The translations under genes were made by a program, and so were the position numbers. A stretch of 64,000 nt of DNA from the human T2T-CHM13v2.0 reference genome, Homo sapiens: assembly GCF_009914755.1 (NCBI RefSeq), contig NC_060939.1, one strand, 5' to 3'. The notes under the pieces are model-generated. The model made no database searches, was not told the DNA's origin, and worked only from the letters and a program-made list of their open reading frames with translations. This document shows positions 60,106 to 64,000 of this stretch, piece after piece. The first letter of the stretch is position 1, and every line of letters begins with the position of its first letter.

Positions 60106-60536
60106 AGACTTGATCCTGAGCATCTCTAGACAAGGTACAGCCTTAAATCCTCTACTTTGAGAAAACAAGCTTGCTGCGGAGACACACATCTTTGCTGTGG
60201 GCCTCCTGGCTGTGTCTAGCTCTGGTGAGCACTAAGCATGAGATGCTCAACTCTATACCTATTAATAGAAAGTAAAAATAGTTTTACTTTCCACTAAATC
60301 AGAGCATGAGACTTGGACACTATTTTCACTATGTTTTAGAATGGCTTTACTGACATAGCCACAAGCTCACTGGTGGATTTTTAATTAATAATAAAAATGC
60401 CCAGTGGGGTTAAAAAATAACAATTACTGACAATGTTCCACTAATAATGCATAGCCAAAATAACCCATGCTTAATTTTGTACATAATCTACTGCCTAATG
60501 CTAGATCAACTTGCACACATCTTAATAGCCTCATTA

Positions 60537-60986
<450 letters not shown>

Positions 60987-63119
60987 TCAAATAGGGTGGG
61001 CTAGGCTCGCTGATTCATAAAGCCCTTTCTGGCTTTAACACACTTTAGTCTAATAAAATACGACCAAGTGGTAGCATCATGAGTGAGTATCACATATTTA
61101 ACATACAACCCCAAGTTCAAGACTAAAAAGTCAGCTTTAGAGGGTTCAAGAGCCCTTTCAGTGTAGCTTCAGTTCTTCTTCTGATTCCCTGTGAGTCCTC
61201 AAGAATGCTAGGGAACCTCACCAATCCTTGACTGTCATCCTTCACACTGTGAAATTTTACAGCTTGCAGGTTAACAGCCTGGTCTATAGAAATTGCCCGG
61301 GTTCCCACTTTCTGCACACATGTGCTCATCCAAAGCACGTGATGAGTGCCAGAAATGGTAAAATACAACTCTGGCAATTTCACACTTGTCATCATCAGTC
61401 AACTAATAAGAGCACTAAAAGAGGAATCATTTTTTGATGATCAGGTTATTTCATTTGCCTTTGCTTTCCCAATGCTTCATTACCTGGACAATTGAGAGTT
61501 ATGAGCAGTTCACCCTCCCAGTTGCCCTGTCCCTTCAGATATAATATCCCTGTCACACAAACATTCCTGAGAGTACATGCTGTATTGTCACATGGCCTTT
61601 TCATCATCCACTGGTTTTATAACTGGAAAGTGAAAATGAAAAGCAATGCAGTTTATTTAAGAGGTTTTAGACTTGCTAAATATACATGTGTGTCCTCTGT
61701 GATTGGATGTTGAAAATCCATTAATTTCCACACAGCCACTCCTCCCCATGACTGGCATCGATCATATGGGATGAAATAAGCCTCTTTGCTTCTGGAAGGG
61801 CGGAATCACATCTGGTTGCCTTTTCTCTGTCTTTGTCCATTTCTTCAGGTTTCTTTAAAATTAATTGGAAGAGTCAATAAACACGCCTGCCAATTCCCTT
61901 TACACCCTAGGAAAGCAGCTCACCGTGCCCTTCAGACCTATTCTTGCTGTTTTTCCAAGTACTCCCTTACCTGCCTTTGTCAATTGGCATTCTCGACAAG
62001 TTCGTCATAACTTCTCAAAGTGTCAACTTTTCCTCTTTTCATTGCCCTTGTTAAAGATAATTTAAAATTAGAAAGTCACATTCCCAGCCATTTCAGAGTC
62101 AATGCTAATGTCATTTTCCTTTGCACAGAAGTCTCTTTTCCCTCTAGAGGCTCCCTGCCTTCATCCACAGCCCCCACTCCCCAGCCCCAAACAGGCATTG
62201 TTAATCTCTGCAGGCACTAGTCCATTCCCCTATTTCATCCTTCTTATCTTTCCCCCAAAATACTTCACCCAGTGAAACACACTTTAGCTTCTGGTTCTCC
62301 TTCCTTCACTCCACTTCAGAGAGAAATGTCTGGGTCTAGAGATTGTAAAGTCACCTTCAGGAAAGAAGCATACAGTTGACTGTCAATTAATCAGGATAAG
62401 ACAGAAAAAATTACACCATGTGCAGCTTGGCTTCTCAGTACATGCATTTATGTTTTGGGATCAAGAGGATTTCTTCCGTACAACCTAAAATTCATATTTA
62501 TGGCTTTTGTTTGGCTACAACTAATTCCCTTCCTAACTGCACAGTAGTTAATAGTCTGGAATTCTTAAAACAGTGATTACCATACTTCATAGTAGATTCA
62601 AACGATGGTCCCTCATTTCCCCCTCATTCTATTTCACCTCTATTCTTGCCTGTTTATTCTTGGTAGCATTCTTTGCTTATACAAAAAAGTCAGACGATTT
62701 TATATTCTATAATTTTTATTCTCGTGGCTAGTTTGACATAGATTTTAAGCCCGTTTACTTTCCCCCATTAAGCACAGACCTAAACATCACCATTCTTATC
62801 ACGTGTACAATCCCATCAAGTTTCAGACTGTCATTTATACACAATTTTATTTCTTCTTACTTCTTTCACACACGCCTACCACTTACGTACAGCAACTTCA
62901 CTACATTCATATTTCATAAACTTCATCAGTATTCAGCCAAACCCTCCCCCGAAGTAAGCTAGGTATTTTTAACACTGCACTGCCTCTTTCAGTGGCTTGA
63001 GGATCCTATACTAAGTGGCACCCTTCCTTGCATCCCAGAAGAGTTTATCTATTATGGTCTGTGCGTGGATGCAGAAACTTCCTAATCGTTTCAGGAAACT
63101 TTAAGATGTTCATAATCAA

Positions 63120-63227
63120 GCCAGGTGCAGTAGTACATGCCTGTAGTCTCAGTTACTAAGAAGCCTGAGGCGGGAGGATCCCTTGAGCCCATCTCTTTAA
63201 GAAAAAAAAAAAAAAACTAAAAAAATA
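63120..63227 (+). mobile_element. Internally deleted Alu monomer (FLAM-like) with a 12-bp TSD
   Basis: TSD gttcataatcaa at 63108-63119 and 63228-63239. Confidence 0.85.
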
Positions 63228-64000
63228 GTTCATAATCAAAATTAAAACACCCAATAACATTGTTAAGATGATTCTAGGCTAGGAGATTATAAATCCTCTG
63301 TACCATAATATTTCCTACTCATTTCCATCCTCTGACACAGAGTTTCAGAGAAAACATCTATGGTATAGAAGCTCTACCTGGGGCAGCCTGGAGTCCTCCA
63401 CCACCTACAAGGGTGTGTGAAACCTGTACTCTCAGCTGTCAGTGGGTGCTGTACAGGGCTCCCTAGCTGACCACCAGGGCCCCAGTTCTGCGGACAAAAC
63501 CATCACCAGGAAACCACAGCGCCATGCCACTGTTAATGTGCCATACTATGTAATGTGATAAGACAGTCTGTAATAATGACGTGTCAGTTAAGGCCATACA
63601 AATATGTTAGGGAAAAAAAATTGTTCTTGCACCAACACAGGGGAATTGTTACCTATAATTCCTTTTAGCATTAGCATGTAAGAGCTGGCGCAAAAAGCCG
63701 GCCTGACTAAACTGTGAGCTATGGTACATTTATTCCTCATCATGCCCCATTCCTCTCTTCTAAGGATTTCTTTAGACAATCTCCTTGATGTCTTTGCTCC
63801 AAAATCAAGAGAGAAATAATAATAACTGGGCTGTCACAAAAGAACATCAGGACTCCCAAGCTGAATTTCCAACACTACAATATCAAAGATAATCACAAGA
63901 CAACTGCAGACTATATCATTAAGTCAAGTGGGACATCCCTGAGAAAGTCAGCTTCTGATGGTGTGGTTCCAGGGATGCTTTCCATATTCGTCCAGTGAAA

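Overview
Primate (human-like) genomic DNA of intronic character. It holds about 18 Alu/FLAM copies, many MIR, L2 and old L1 fragments, MaLR LTRs (MLT1), hAT-Charlie DNA transposons and microsatellites, separated by repeat-free islands that look like conserved enhancers. I recognise no exon of a known protein, RNA gene, CpG island or CRISPR array; the supplied ORFs are short and mostly chance or Alu-derived. Old L1 fragments and A-runs lie mostly on +, and several well-formed cryptic exons lie on -, which suggests a large intron of a gene transcribed on the - strand. My unverified impression is the last intron of FTO, reverse-complemented. The most striking observation is an 8-exon, GT-AG, phase-consistent 368-aa reading frame on + (33530-52470) with an upstream TATAAAA and a downstream AATAAA. 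It is a candidate nested antisense or de novo gene, but could equally be an ab initio chance chain. Boundaries and subfamilies of old repeats are by eye and approximate.
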